DNA from: a virus
Lineage: Duplodnaviria > Caudoviricetes
IMG/VR virus record: IMGVR_UViG_3300032327_001202
Span: 18,828 to 82,827 of that record
Length of the DNA stretch: 64,000 nt
Reading direction: 5' to 3' (one strand)
Below the pieces are notes generated by a model. It searched no databases, was not told where the DNA came from, and worked only from the letters and a program-made list of their open reading frames with translations. Below are positions 7,620 through 16,394 of the stretch, in pieces. Each line of letters starts with the position of its first letter. Positions within the stretch are counted from its first letter, which is position 1. The position numbers and the translations under genes were made by a program.

Positions 7620-8372
7620 TTATTTAAATTGTTTATCGTAAGTTTTCTTTCTTAGATTAATAAGTTTTTCTATATATTTATTTCTTCTCAATAACTTAAA
7701 TACTAAGTTTTCTAATGAATACTCACCATCTTTTTCTATACCAGATTTTCTACCATCTTTAATTTTTTTCCAAATTTTCTTCCATTTAAACTGAAAATTT
7801 TCATAATTAGCCACATTACCTGATTCTATTTCTAAATCATCTATACTATCCATTATATCTTCTGCTTTAAGTTTAATTAAATGATAATCAATTTCAAAAT
7901 TCTTTCTATCTGGTTTTTGTACCCAATAGTTATATAGTATAGAATATACTCCACTATTTTTTCTTATCTTTTCTATGTCTGTTTGGCAGTTAAGTTCTAA
8001 TTCATATCCTGCTATTATTATATCATGATCTTCATTCCATAATTTAGAATATGTTTTAAGATAATTTTGAACTAAATTTTCATCGTCATTAATTTCTGTA
8101 AAATCTAAAACTATATGTAAATCTATATCTGACCATTCTGACCAATTATAATTGGCTAATGAACCTGTGAATATAATATCTTTAACCTTAAAATCTATTT
8201 TTAAATCATCTTTTATTTCATCAATAAAATCATTCCCTATTTGGAGTAATTCTTCTTTTACTTCATGATTTAATTTAAATTTATGCCATATTTTCGTATT
8301 TAAATAATCTTTTAACTTAAATGATTTTAATGGAGTTAAATCCTTTTTATGGTCATTATATTTTTTTATCAT
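7620..8372 (-). CDS. Pol-beta-superfamily nucleotidyltransferase
   Basis: FTGSLANYNWSEWSDIDLHIV = GS...DxD motif; likely start MIKKYN at 8372 (track start 8468 overlaps the divergent gene). Confidence 0.8.
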   Translation of the reverse strand: MIKKYNDHKKDLTPLKSFKLKDYLNTKIWHKFKLNHEVKEELLQIGNDFIDEIKDDLKIDFKVKDIIFTGSLANYNWSEWSDIDLHIVLDFTEINDDENLVQNYLKTYSKLWNEDHDIIIAGYELELNCQTDIEKIRKNSGVYSILYNYWVQKPDRKNFEIDYHLIKLKAEDIMDSIDDLEIESGNVANYENFQFKWKKIWKKIKDGRKSGIEKDGEYSLENLVFKLLRRNKYIEKLINLRKKTYDKQFK

Positions 8373-8424
8373 AACTAAAACTTTTTTGTGTATAAGTATA
8401 TATATTAAAAAATAATACCTAATT

Positions 8425-8949
8425 ATGTTAGATGAAAAATTTCCCGATAGAAAAGAAATTAAATACACTTATCAGAAAAGTTTAATTGAATCTATTAAAT
8501 CTATAGATCTTACCGACTATGATTATAATAAAGCAAATGATGAAGAATTTGCACCGAGAACTAAGATAACTCAAAAACAAAAAATTTATTTTTGGATTAG
8601 ACTTTATTTAAATGAAGAAATAGAGATTGAACCAAATGATATAGTTAATATAGTTTATACTCCATTAAATGAAGTATTAGAAACTACTTTTGTTTGCTAT
8701 TCAAAACCTTATTCATCAAAAGTTGATGTTGATAATTTAACTGAATATAATCCTGAAGATGATAAAAAAGTTTTATGTTTAATGGTAGATCAATCACGTA
8801 TAAATGAAAATTCGGATGATATACCTTTTATCAGATCTTTATTTAAAATAAGTAAATATTATGAAGATAGAGTTATGAGAAAAGGAGAATTAAAATTCAT
8901 TCTTGAGAAAAATGATACAGAATTAGAATATTTTAGTATTGGATTTTAA
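8425..8949 (+). CDS. Hypothetical protein
   Basis: 174-aa ORF followed by a bidirectional terminator. Confidence 0.7.
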   Translation: MLDEKFPDRKEIKYTYQKSLIESIKSIDLTDYDYNKANDEEFAPRTKITQKQKIYFWIRLYLNEEIEIEPNDIVNIVYTPLNEVLETTFVCYSKPYSSKVDVDNLTEYNPEDDKKVLCLMVDQSRINENSDDIPFIRSLFKISKYYEDRVMRKGELKFILEKNDTELEYFSIGF

Positions 8950-8951
8950 TT

Positions 8952-8984
8952 AAAAAAGAGGACTTATTTAGTCCTCTTTTTTTT
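8952..8984. terminator. Bidirectional terminator
   Basis: AAAAAAGAGGACT-TATTT-AGTCCTCTTTTTT between convergent genes. Confidence 0.75.
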
Positions 8985-9461
8985 ACCTCTTTTATTTATT
9001 GGAGGTGTATAATTTGTTGATGTGGATTGGGTAGATGGCGTAGTGTAAGCATAATCAAAATAAAATAAATTAGGGCTGGAACCTGTTTTATATAATTCAT
9101 GTTCTTCTTCTTTAAATTCCTCAAATTCTTTGTTTTCTAAAATAGAATCTAATTTTCTATCACGATTAATGGTAGCAACTTCTCGTTTAATTCTTTCTTT
9201 TTCCTCCTCTGAATTACCAAAACCTTTCATAGGGTTAACAGTAACTAAATCTATCCCTATTGTTTGAGCGGCTATTTTTTTAGCAATTGGTAATAAACTT
9301 GGAAAAGATTCATTTGACTGTGTCCCTACTAATGTAGTATCCATATTTATTTCATTTTTTAAATGAAGATTAGCATATTCGGTCATCCAGTTATTTACTA
9401 CAGATTGTGTAGATGATACATGATTCAAATCCCATTTATCTATTTTTATATTTGGTTTCAT
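8964..9461 (-). CDS. Truncated paralog of the major capsid N-terminal region with an inserted RDRKLDSIL helix
   Basis: WMTEYANLH vs MCP WMAEYAEYH; LLPIAKKIAAQTIGIDLVTVNP vs LLPVAMKIAAQTIGLDLVAVKP (17/22); LFYFDYAY vs LVYVDFQY after the insert. Confidence 0.85.
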   Translation of the reverse strand: MKPNIKIDKWDLNHVSSTQSVVNNWMTEYANLHLKNEINMDTTLVGTQSNESFPSLLPIAKKIAAQTIGIDLVTVNPMKGFGNSEEEKERIKREVATINRDRKLDSILENKEFEEFKEEEHELYKTGSSPNLFYFDYAYTTPSTQSTSTNYTPPINKRGKKKRTK

Positions 9462-9464
9462 ATT

Positions 9465-10568
9465 TTATATTATTTTTTCTTCTAAAATTATTTCTATATT
9501 TTGTTCATAAGAAATTTTTAATAATTCTTTTTTATTTTCCAAAACCCAATTATCTTTTAATTGGTCATTTCTTTTTACAACCTCAAATTGCTCTTCACCA
9601 CCAAAAAATTCTCTTGGCTCATAATGTTGAATACCATTAAACTCTATAAATAACCCCTTTTTAGGTAAATAAAAATCAAATCTATATGTAGAATTACCTA
9701 TTTTTTGTTTATATTCTTTAATGTATTCTATACCTTTTATATCTAACCAATTCTTTATTTGACGTTCTCCTTTTGATGAAGAACAATTAGGACAACCACA
9801 TTTATGATGTATAATATAATTAGGTTTAGCACTCCAAATATAATCACATACTTTACATTTATGTTTTAAATAAAAAAGAGACCCTATATATTTTTCACCA
9901 TCTACTAATTCTATATCATTTGGAAGAAGAGATAAATATTTTGTATGAGAAAATTTTCTACCAGAACAAGATGAACACCCTAATACTATATTAGCTATAT
10001 TTTTAGGCGTAGTGTTAAATTTCTCACCACATTTTAAACATTCAAAATCATGATTTTCTCTAAAATTAGTGTAATTTCCTATTAATTTTATATTCCTTTC
10101 TATTAATAATTCATTAAATTTATTAATATAGTTATATGATTTTTTGCTTAATAAATTTTTATCCTTTTTACATTCACAAATATATTTTGTGATTTGTTTA
10201 GGTGTTTTATTTATTATTTCATTACATATTTTACATTCAAAATTTATATACGTATTAGTGTTAATATAATTATCTACTCTAATAAAATCTAAATCTTTTA
10301 TTCTTAAATCAAATTCTTCATTTGTTATTTTTCTACCTAATGAAGAAAAACTATCGTTTGTTTCTTTTTTACATTCACATAATGTTCGATTATATAATTT
10401 AGGCTTTTTCATACTTTTTTTACCACATAACTTACATTCAAATTCTATTGGTGTTTCTGCATTAATATAATTACCGATTCTTATATAATCAGAATCTTTA
10501 ATTTTTAAATCAAAATCATTATTAGTAAATGCTTTTGGTCCTGACTTTTCGTTCTTTTTTATATACAT
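9465..10568 (-). mobile_element. Free-standing homing-endonuclease-like gene (CxxC repeats plus C-terminal PD-(D/E)xK/Vsr-like domain)
   Basis: Repeated FECKxC units, GCPNCSSSKGE, RFDFYLP..FIEFNGIQH; directly downstream of the capsid gene. Confidence 0.8.
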
Positions 10569-10620
10569 AATTTATATATTTTCTTATTATATTTTTATTT
10601 CATGAATAGTTCATGAAATA

Positions 10621-10649
10621 AAAAAACCTCCCTTGAGGGGAGGTTTTTT
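10621..10649. terminator. Terminator downstream of the major capsid gene
   Basis: AAAAAACCTCCC-TTGAG-GGGAGGTTTTTT. Confidence 0.8.
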
Positions 10650-10667
10650 GTATTCTAATTTATTATA

Positions 10668-12410
10668 TTAGTTAAGGTAGCCATTAGCATCATTAACGTA
10701 GATAGTCATAAATTGTTTTTGTGGGAAGAAACCTAATTCAGCCACAGCATATCTTGATCTTAAAATCATTCTTGGAGCAAATGTTGCTTCTGACATGATT
10801 GAGATAGATTGTGCCATGAGGAATGGCACGAAACAGATACCTGGTTGATCAGGATTGTTTTTACGTCCGATTAAGATTCTGTTGTCATTGTATTTCATGT
10901 AAGGATCTACGTAGATAGTGATATCACCGATTTGACCTACAGGGTACATTTGACCGTTTGTGTTTAATTTAGATTTAAGTGGGTTAATTGTGTAACCTGC
11001 AACATCCATTAAAGCTGCTGCTAATCCACCATTTGTTACCGCATATTGTGCTGGTCCAACACGTCCTTCAGTTGCGATGTAGTTAGAAGCATGTACCATT
11101 TTAGTGATAAGCTTTCTTTGTACAGCGTGTGTAGTTTCACCACCTGGTCCTGCTTGAACATAAAGAGTATCTAAGTCAAATATAGTTTGTCCAGAGATGT
11201 TAGCGTTAGCATTTAAACCTGTGTATAAAGGAGCAGTTTGTCTGTTTATATTACCCATATCAAATACTTTAGCAATAATTTGCTTAGAGATAGTTTGAGA
11301 AAGTTCGTTTACAAGGATTGATTCCATTTTTTGAACGATATCCATACCAGTGTTAGCTTTGATATCTTCAATTTCTGTTCTACGTAATGCAGAACTTACT
11401 TCTACTGTACCAACTGTAATTGATTTAGAAGAAATTTTTGGTCCAATTGCACCTGCATATGTGCTTTCTTCTTCTTGACGAGCCATTGGGTATTGCCCAC
11501 CATTACCATTAAAGTTTGTAACATATCCTGGTAATTGATCTTCAAGAGCAGATACTAAGCTTATGCTTATAGCATTTGAGTTAGTAGACTGTCCAAATAA
11601 GTAGTTAATTTCTGAAACCATTGAACCACCTGCTGTAGCACCTGTAGTTGAAACGTTAAATGAGTTGTTTGCTTGATTTAAGCCATAAACAACACCACCA
11701 CCATATGCACCACCTGCCGCATTTGATTCTTTGTAAGCTCTGAATATAGGCTGTCCATCAATACGAGAGAAACCTAAGAACTCTAAGTAACCAAATTTGT
11801 TAGTTGGTTCAGTTGTAGTACTAGATACTGAAGTTGATGCAGTGAAACCTGTCCAAATTCTTGTACCAAATGCTAAACCACCTTGGTTTTGTTGAATACC
11901 TGCAGTAGTTAAAGCGCTATTAATAGCTGTATTTAATGAAGCACTTAAACCTGTAGAAGTTAAAGTAGCATTCCAAGCAATTTTGAATACTTGAGGTTTT
12001 GTGTTAAAGTTTGAAAGATTTAAATCGTCATATTGAAAATCAACATAAACTAAATCAATCTTTGGACCTGGAGTTGGCTTTACAGCTACTAAATCAAGAC
12101 CAATTGTTTGTGCAGCAATTTTCATAGCTACTGGTAATAGGTTTTGTCCTAAATCACCTGAACCTATGTTTGATGAACCATAGTTTGCACCAATTGTTGT
12201 ACCTGGGTAAGTACCAACTTGTGGAGCTAAAACAGCACCTAAACCACCTGTAGAAGCATTAAGGTAAGCGTTTTCGTTTATTGCATGGTATTCAGCATAT
12301 TCTGCCATCCATGAATATTTTTCTCTGTCCTCTTTGTTAACACCAATGTTTTCTAAAATTGGAGTCCATTTGTTAAGAGCTTTTTGTAAGTCAATTCTAA
12401 CTTGTGACAT
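10668..12410 (-). CDS. gp23: Major capsid protein (T4 gp23-like)
   Basis: KWTPILE N-terminus, EDIKANTGMDI..E..L..E helix, IYVDPY, F.P.M.L.SRYAV C-terminal motif; adjacent to protease and portal. Confidence 0.9.
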   Translation of the reverse strand: MSQVRIDLQKALNKWTPILENIGVNKEDREKYSWMAEYAEYHAINENAYLNASTGGLGAVLAPQVGTYPGTTIGANYGSSNIGSGDLGQNLLPVAMKIAAQTIGLDLVAVKPTPGPKIDLVYVDFQYDDLNLSNFNTKPQVFKIAWNATLTSTGLSASLNTAINSALTTAGIQQNQGGLAFGTRIWTGFTASTSVSSTTTEPTNKFGYLEFLGFSRIDGQPIFRAYKESNAAGGAYGGGVVYGLNQANNSFNVSTTGATAGGSMVSEINYLFGQSTNSNAISISLVSALEDQLPGYVTNFNGNGGQYPMARQEEESTYAGAIGPKISSKSITVGTVEVSSALRRTEIEDIKANTGMDIVQKMESILVNELSQTISKQIIAKVFDMGNINRQTAPLYTGLNANANISGQTIFDLDTLYVQAGPGGETTHAVQRKLITKMVHASNYIATEGRVGPAQYAVTNGGLAAALMDVAGYTINPLKSKLNTNGQMYPVGQIGDITIYVDPYMKYNDNRILIGRKNNPDQPGICFVPFLMAQSISIMSEATFAPRMILRSRYAVAELGFFPQKQFMTIYVNDANGYLN

Positions 12411-12490
12411 ATTTTTTAATTTTTTTTATTAATCTATATATTAAATGCTAAAAGTCTCTTTTTGCTATTTTTATAGATTTGTTTGTTTTT

Positions 12491-14695
12491 TTAAATGTTT
12501 TTGAATCTTTCTAAGATTGATTTGAAATCTGAATCAGATAGTTTATCTTCTTGTATTAAACTGTCATGAGAAATCATTTTTTTAGTTGATTCATTCTTTT
12601 TTAAGTTTCTAGTTAACCAAAAATGTTCAATTTTAGCTTCTGAATCCAATTCAGGATATAGTTTAGCTTGTGAAAGAATTGATTTTTTAGAACTTTCATT
12701 TGTTACTTCCCAAATTGATTTTATATTTTCTGGCATCAATCTGATTAGTCTTTCTTCTAATGATTCATTTTTAATAGAAAGTGCTTCTTGTATTAATTTT
12801 ATAACTTCTGAACTTGTGAAATAACTCTTTTCGTTTATGTAAAGTTTTACTTGTTCTTGCTCTTCGTTTGTTAAGCTATAATAGCTATCAACTTGAGACT
12901 TGTTTAAAAATTTTAAGAAATGTAGATCGTTTGTTTCAGAAACTTTACGTTTTCTAGCTTCTTCGATTAATAAATCTATTTTTTTACTTAAATCTGAATC
13001 TGTATTTTTATTTTCTAAGTAGTCTTCGTCTGCTTTAGATACATCTGGTAAACCTTCTAATTTTACTTCTTTACCTAATAATTCATCTTTGAAATCTGCT
13101 TCATTTGGAACCGCAGTATCAACTTTTTGTTCTTCTGGTAATTCAACTTCTGTTAATTCAGTATAATCTAAAGAAACTGGAGTTGCTTCATCAGCTTCAC
13201 CCGCTTTTTCAACACCATCTTCACCATGAAGTTCATCCTCACCACCTTCTAAATAGTTATCTGATTTATTATCAACATCATTTTCACCAAAACCATATTC
13301 TTCTAAAGTAGGAATAAGATTTGATTCATTACTTTCAAATAATTTAGTACCATTAACTTTTTCAGAAATTAAACCTGTATAAGATACAGCTTTATCTAAG
13401 TTTTCAGCAATGTATTGAGAATAAGAAATGTTATCATCAAGGTGTTCTGCTATATATTCAGAATATTTAATATTACCTTCTAAGTTTTCAGCGATATACT
13501 CAGAATAAGCAATATTACCATCTAAGTTTTCAGCTAAATATTCAGCATAAGAAATATTTCTATCTAAGTTTTCAGCTAAGTATTCTGCATAAGAAATATT
13601 CTTATCAACATTCTCAGCAATATATTCAGAATAAGAAATGTTTTTGTCTAAATTTTCAGCGATGTATTCAGAGTAAGAAATGTTTCTATCTAAATTTTCA
13701 GCGATGTATTCAGAATAAGAAATGTTCTTATCTAAGTTTTCAGCAATATATTCTGCATAAGCGATATTTTTATCTAAGTTTTCAGCAACATATTCAGAAT
13801 ATTTAATTGATTTGTTTAAGTTTTCAACTAAATAATCGTTATGTTCGATTAATCTATCAGTTGTATCTTTAAGAGATTTGTTCTCAGAAACAACAACTTG
13901 AATTTTTTCTGCTAAATAATCTAAGTATTTAACAACTTGAGAATTAGTTTTATTTAATTCTTCATAGTAGTTTAAAAGTTTTTCTAATTTAACTGGTTCT
14001 AAATTACCAGATTTAAGAGCACTTTTAACTTCTTTTTTAGTTGCAGCAATTTCATTAACTATATATTTCGAATAGTCTGACAATTGATCTTTCGTTACGA
14101 ATTCATTTTTGTTCATGTTAAATAATTCATTTATTTTTGATTCATTTGATACTTCATATATTCTGAAGTTAGCATCATTTGAATAATTTAAAGACTCATT
14201 TATAGAAGACATTCTCGCAGAAGCAAATCCCGGATCTGCAACTATATCATAAGTAAATAATTTTTTTAGTGATACTGTACCATCAGCTTCTGTAATACCA
14301 GCAGCTCTTGAAGATACAAATATAGGGCAACCATCATCAACTAAAGCCTTAGCTTCTTTTCCCCAATAGGTATTTAATAATTTAATTTGTCCTTCAACTA
14401 CATTTTTTTCTTTAACATAATATGCGGTTTTGATTAAATGGGATGCACGGGATAGTGAAGTGTCAAAGACGTCGGGGTGGTCAAACTCACCATAAACTAC
14501 TCCCATAGTAGAAATCCTGCTATTAAGTTCTTCTAAACAAGGCAAGAATCTTTCAGGAGTATATACTCTTTCATTCCTATTTTTAACCATAAACTCAGTA
14601 AAAGTACCTCCTAAAAGATAATCTTTTCTAGCATCTACACCTTCGTTCATTTTTAAAGGATTTGTATTATTTTCAATGATTAATACTGGCTTCAT
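12491..14695 (-). CDS. gp21: Prohead protease (gp21-like) fused to a scaffold-like region
   Basis: NRNERVY, YGEFDHP, VSSRAAG, TYDIVADPG protease motifs in the N-terminal ~170 aa; coiled-coil, repeat and acidic C-terminal region. Confidence 0.9.
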   Translation of the reverse strand: MKPVLIIENNTNPLKMNEGVDARKDYLLGGTFTEFMVKNRNERVYTPERFLPCLEELNSRISTMGVVYGEFDHPDVFDTSLSRASHLIKTAYYVKEKNVVEGQIKLLNTYWGKEAKALVDDGCPIFVSSRAAGITEADGTVSLKKLFTYDIVADPGFASARMSSINESLNYSNDANFRIYEVSNESKINELFNMNKNEFVTKDQLSDYSKYIVNEIAATKKEVKSALKSGNLEPVKLEKLLNYYEELNKTNSQVVKYLDYLAEKIQVVVSENKSLKDTTDRLIEHNDYLVENLNKSIKYSEYVAENLDKNIAYAEYIAENLDKNISYSEYIAENLDRNISYSEYIAENLDKNISYSEYIAENVDKNISYAEYLAENLDRNISYAEYLAENLDGNIAYSEYIAENLEGNIKYSEYIAEHLDDNISYSQYIAENLDKAVSYTGLISEKVNGTKLFESNESNLIPTLEEYGFGENDVDNKSDNYLEGGEDELHGEDGVEKAGEADEATPVSLDYTELTEVELPEEQKVDTAVPNEADFKDELLGKEVKLEGLPDVSKADEDYLENKNTDSDLSKKIDLLIEEARKRKVSETNDLHFLKFLNKSQVDSYYSLTNEEQEQVKLYINEKSYFTSSEVIKLIQEALSIKNESLEERLIRLMPENIKSIWEVTNESSKKSILSQAKLYPELDSEAKIEHFWLTRNLKKNESTKKMISHDSLIQEDKLSDSDFKSILERFKNI
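13390..13850 (-). repeat. Coding tandem repeat, about 10-11 copies of 42 bp (14 aa: NISYSEYIAENLDK)
   Basis: Directly visible in the translation and DNA of the protease/scaffold gene. Confidence 0.95.
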
Positions 14696-14831
14696 TAATT
14701 TTTAAGTTATTTTGTAGTATTATATATAAAAAAATAATACCTCCTTTTTTCTAAAAAAATCAATTATTTTTATGACCTGGATTTTTTATAGAAAAACTTA
14801 AAACTTAAAATTTTTTTAATATATATTATCT

Positions 14832-15236
14832 ATGTATAAAATTAATTTTGGTGATGAGAAAGTTTTTTTAAATTATTTAAAAGGTTTTGAAAATAAGTAC
14901 CATAAAAGACAAAAAGTATTAAATGAGATTTTAGAAATTAATGATAAAGATGATGAAGCATTAAGCTACTGGGATTTTACTGATAATAGTATAATATATG
15001 GTCAATTTTTTGATAAAAGATATGATAAAGATACATCTTTAAGTAATGTTTCACATTATGTTAAAAACATAGAAAAAATAAATGGGGAATATTTCGCAGA
15101 AATAAAAATATTAACTACTTATTGGGGTATAGCATTATTAGATTTAATTAATGCTGGAATAAAATTTCATTTAGAATGTGTCTATCATACTTATGAAAAT
15201 AAAAAAATAATTAGACTAGATATAAATGATTATTAG
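14832..15236 (+). CDS. Degenerate (likely inactive) paralog of the prohead protease domain, with an RQKVLNEIL motif
   Basis: IIYGQF..DTSLSNVSH..IKILTTYWG..LINAG aligns with protease VVYGEFDHP..DTSLSRASH..IKLLNTYWG..LVDDG; the HP and SSR motifs are absent. Confidence 0.75.
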   Translation: MYKINFGDEKVFLNYLKGFENKYHKRQKVLNEILEINDKDDEALSYWDFTDNSIIYGQFFDKRYDKDTSLSNVSHYVKNIEKINGEYFAEIKILTTYWGIALLDLINAGIKFHLECVYHTYENKKIIRLDINDY

Positions 15237-15564
15237 CAGAGAAATAGAAATAAAAGTAAATAACACAAATATAGGTTATTTACATAATTTAGGTTATGAG
15301 GTTAATAGAGGAGAATTATTATCAATTCCAATTGAATTACTTAGTCCTGGTAGTCATTACAAAATAAGTTGTAAATGTGATAAGTGTGGAATTATTAAAG
15401 ATATTTTATTTAAAAATTATATTAAATATGGAAATAAATGGGGAGAATATTTTTGTAGAAAATGTAGTGAAGATAAAAGAAAAAAATCTTTACAATTAAG
15501 TCATGGAGTAGATTACCCTATTCAAAATAAAGAAATACGAAATAAAATAAAGTTTAAAAACTAA
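15226..15564 (+). CDS. Zinc-ribbon protein resembling the N-terminal DNA-binding part of homing endonucleases
   Basis: CKCDKCG...YFCRKC and HGVDYP (compare KYGVEH repeats in 20258-21946); no nuclease domain. Confidence 0.6.
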   Translation: MIISREIEIKVNNTNIGYLHNLGYEVNRGELLSIPIELLSPGSHYKISCKCDKCGIIKDILFKNYIKYGNKWGEYFCRKCSEDKRKKSLQLSHGVDYPIQNKEIRNKIKFKN

Positions 15565-16342
15565 CTTGTATTCTTTCAAGTTGATATTTTCTTATATCTA
15601 TATTTTTATTAGATTTTAAAAAATCAACAATTTTTTCTAATAAAGTAATTGTGATTCTACAATCACTTAAAGCATCATGATAATTAGACATATTTATATT
15701 TAAAGCAGGACCAATTTTAGATAAACTTGAAGATATAAGTCCATTATCTCTAATAGAAGTACCAATTTTATTTATTAATTCTAAATATTCTAAATTCTCT
15801 TCTGATAATTTTTGAATACAAGGTATATAATATAATTGTATTAAATCTTTAGTATCTAAAACATCATTATTAAATGTTTTTATTCCACTTCTAATATTTA
15901 ACATCCTCATATCAAATTTTGCATTTTGTATTACAAAAATTGAATTTTTATATTGATTAGACCAATTCAAAAAATCATTTAATACTAAATTTTCATCTTC
16001 ATATTTATTTTTATTTTGTCCATAATGGTTAAATCTTAATACTTGTTTAATCCTAGAGTTTGAATTATTTTTGATTATATCTTTAGTTTTATCTGTTAAT
16101 TTAATTTTTTTATTAAATGAATCATTTTCCTTGAATTTATTCAAATTAAAATCATATGTGCATGAAACAGCACTGATTTGTGTAAGTTGTATATCATAAG
16201 GATCAGATTGAAATAACCCTGTAGTTTCAGTATCTAAAAATAAAAAATTATTATTTGATATTTTTTCTAACCAATTTAGAAAGTCTTCTATACTTTTATA
16301 GAATAATTTATTTTCATTTAATTCAAAAAACCTATTTACCAT
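15554..16342 (-). CDS. DEDDh 3'-5' exonuclease (DnaQ-like)
   Basis: FLDTETTG, QNAKFD, HDALSD motifs. Confidence 0.9.
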   Translation of the reverse strand: MVNRFFELNENKLFYKSIEDFLNWLEKISNNNFLFLDTETTGLFQSDPYDIQLTQISAVSCTYDFNLNKFKENDSFNKKIKLTDKTKDIIKNNSNSRIKQVLRFNHYGQNKNKYEDENLVLNDFLNWSNQYKNSIFVIQNAKFDMRMLNIRSGIKTFNNDVLDTKDLIQLYYIPCIQKLSEENLEYLELINKIGTSIRDNGLISSSLSKIGPALNINMSNYHDALSDCRITITLLEKIVDFLKSNKNIDIRKYQLERIQVSF

Positions 16343-16359
16343 ACATTATATATTAAAAT

Positions 16360-16387
16360 AAAAAAATCCTCTTAAAGAGGATTTTTT
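16360..16387 (-). terminator. Terminator after the portal gene
   Basis: AAAAAATCCTCT-TAA-AGAGGATTTTTT. Confidence 0.75.
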
Positions 16388-16394
16388 AGTTATA

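Noticed and set aside
13390-13850. 42-bp tandem repeats as a possible CRISPR array
   Set aside because: No unique spacers; the repeats are contiguous, vary at synonymous positions and are in frame within the protease/scaffold gene.
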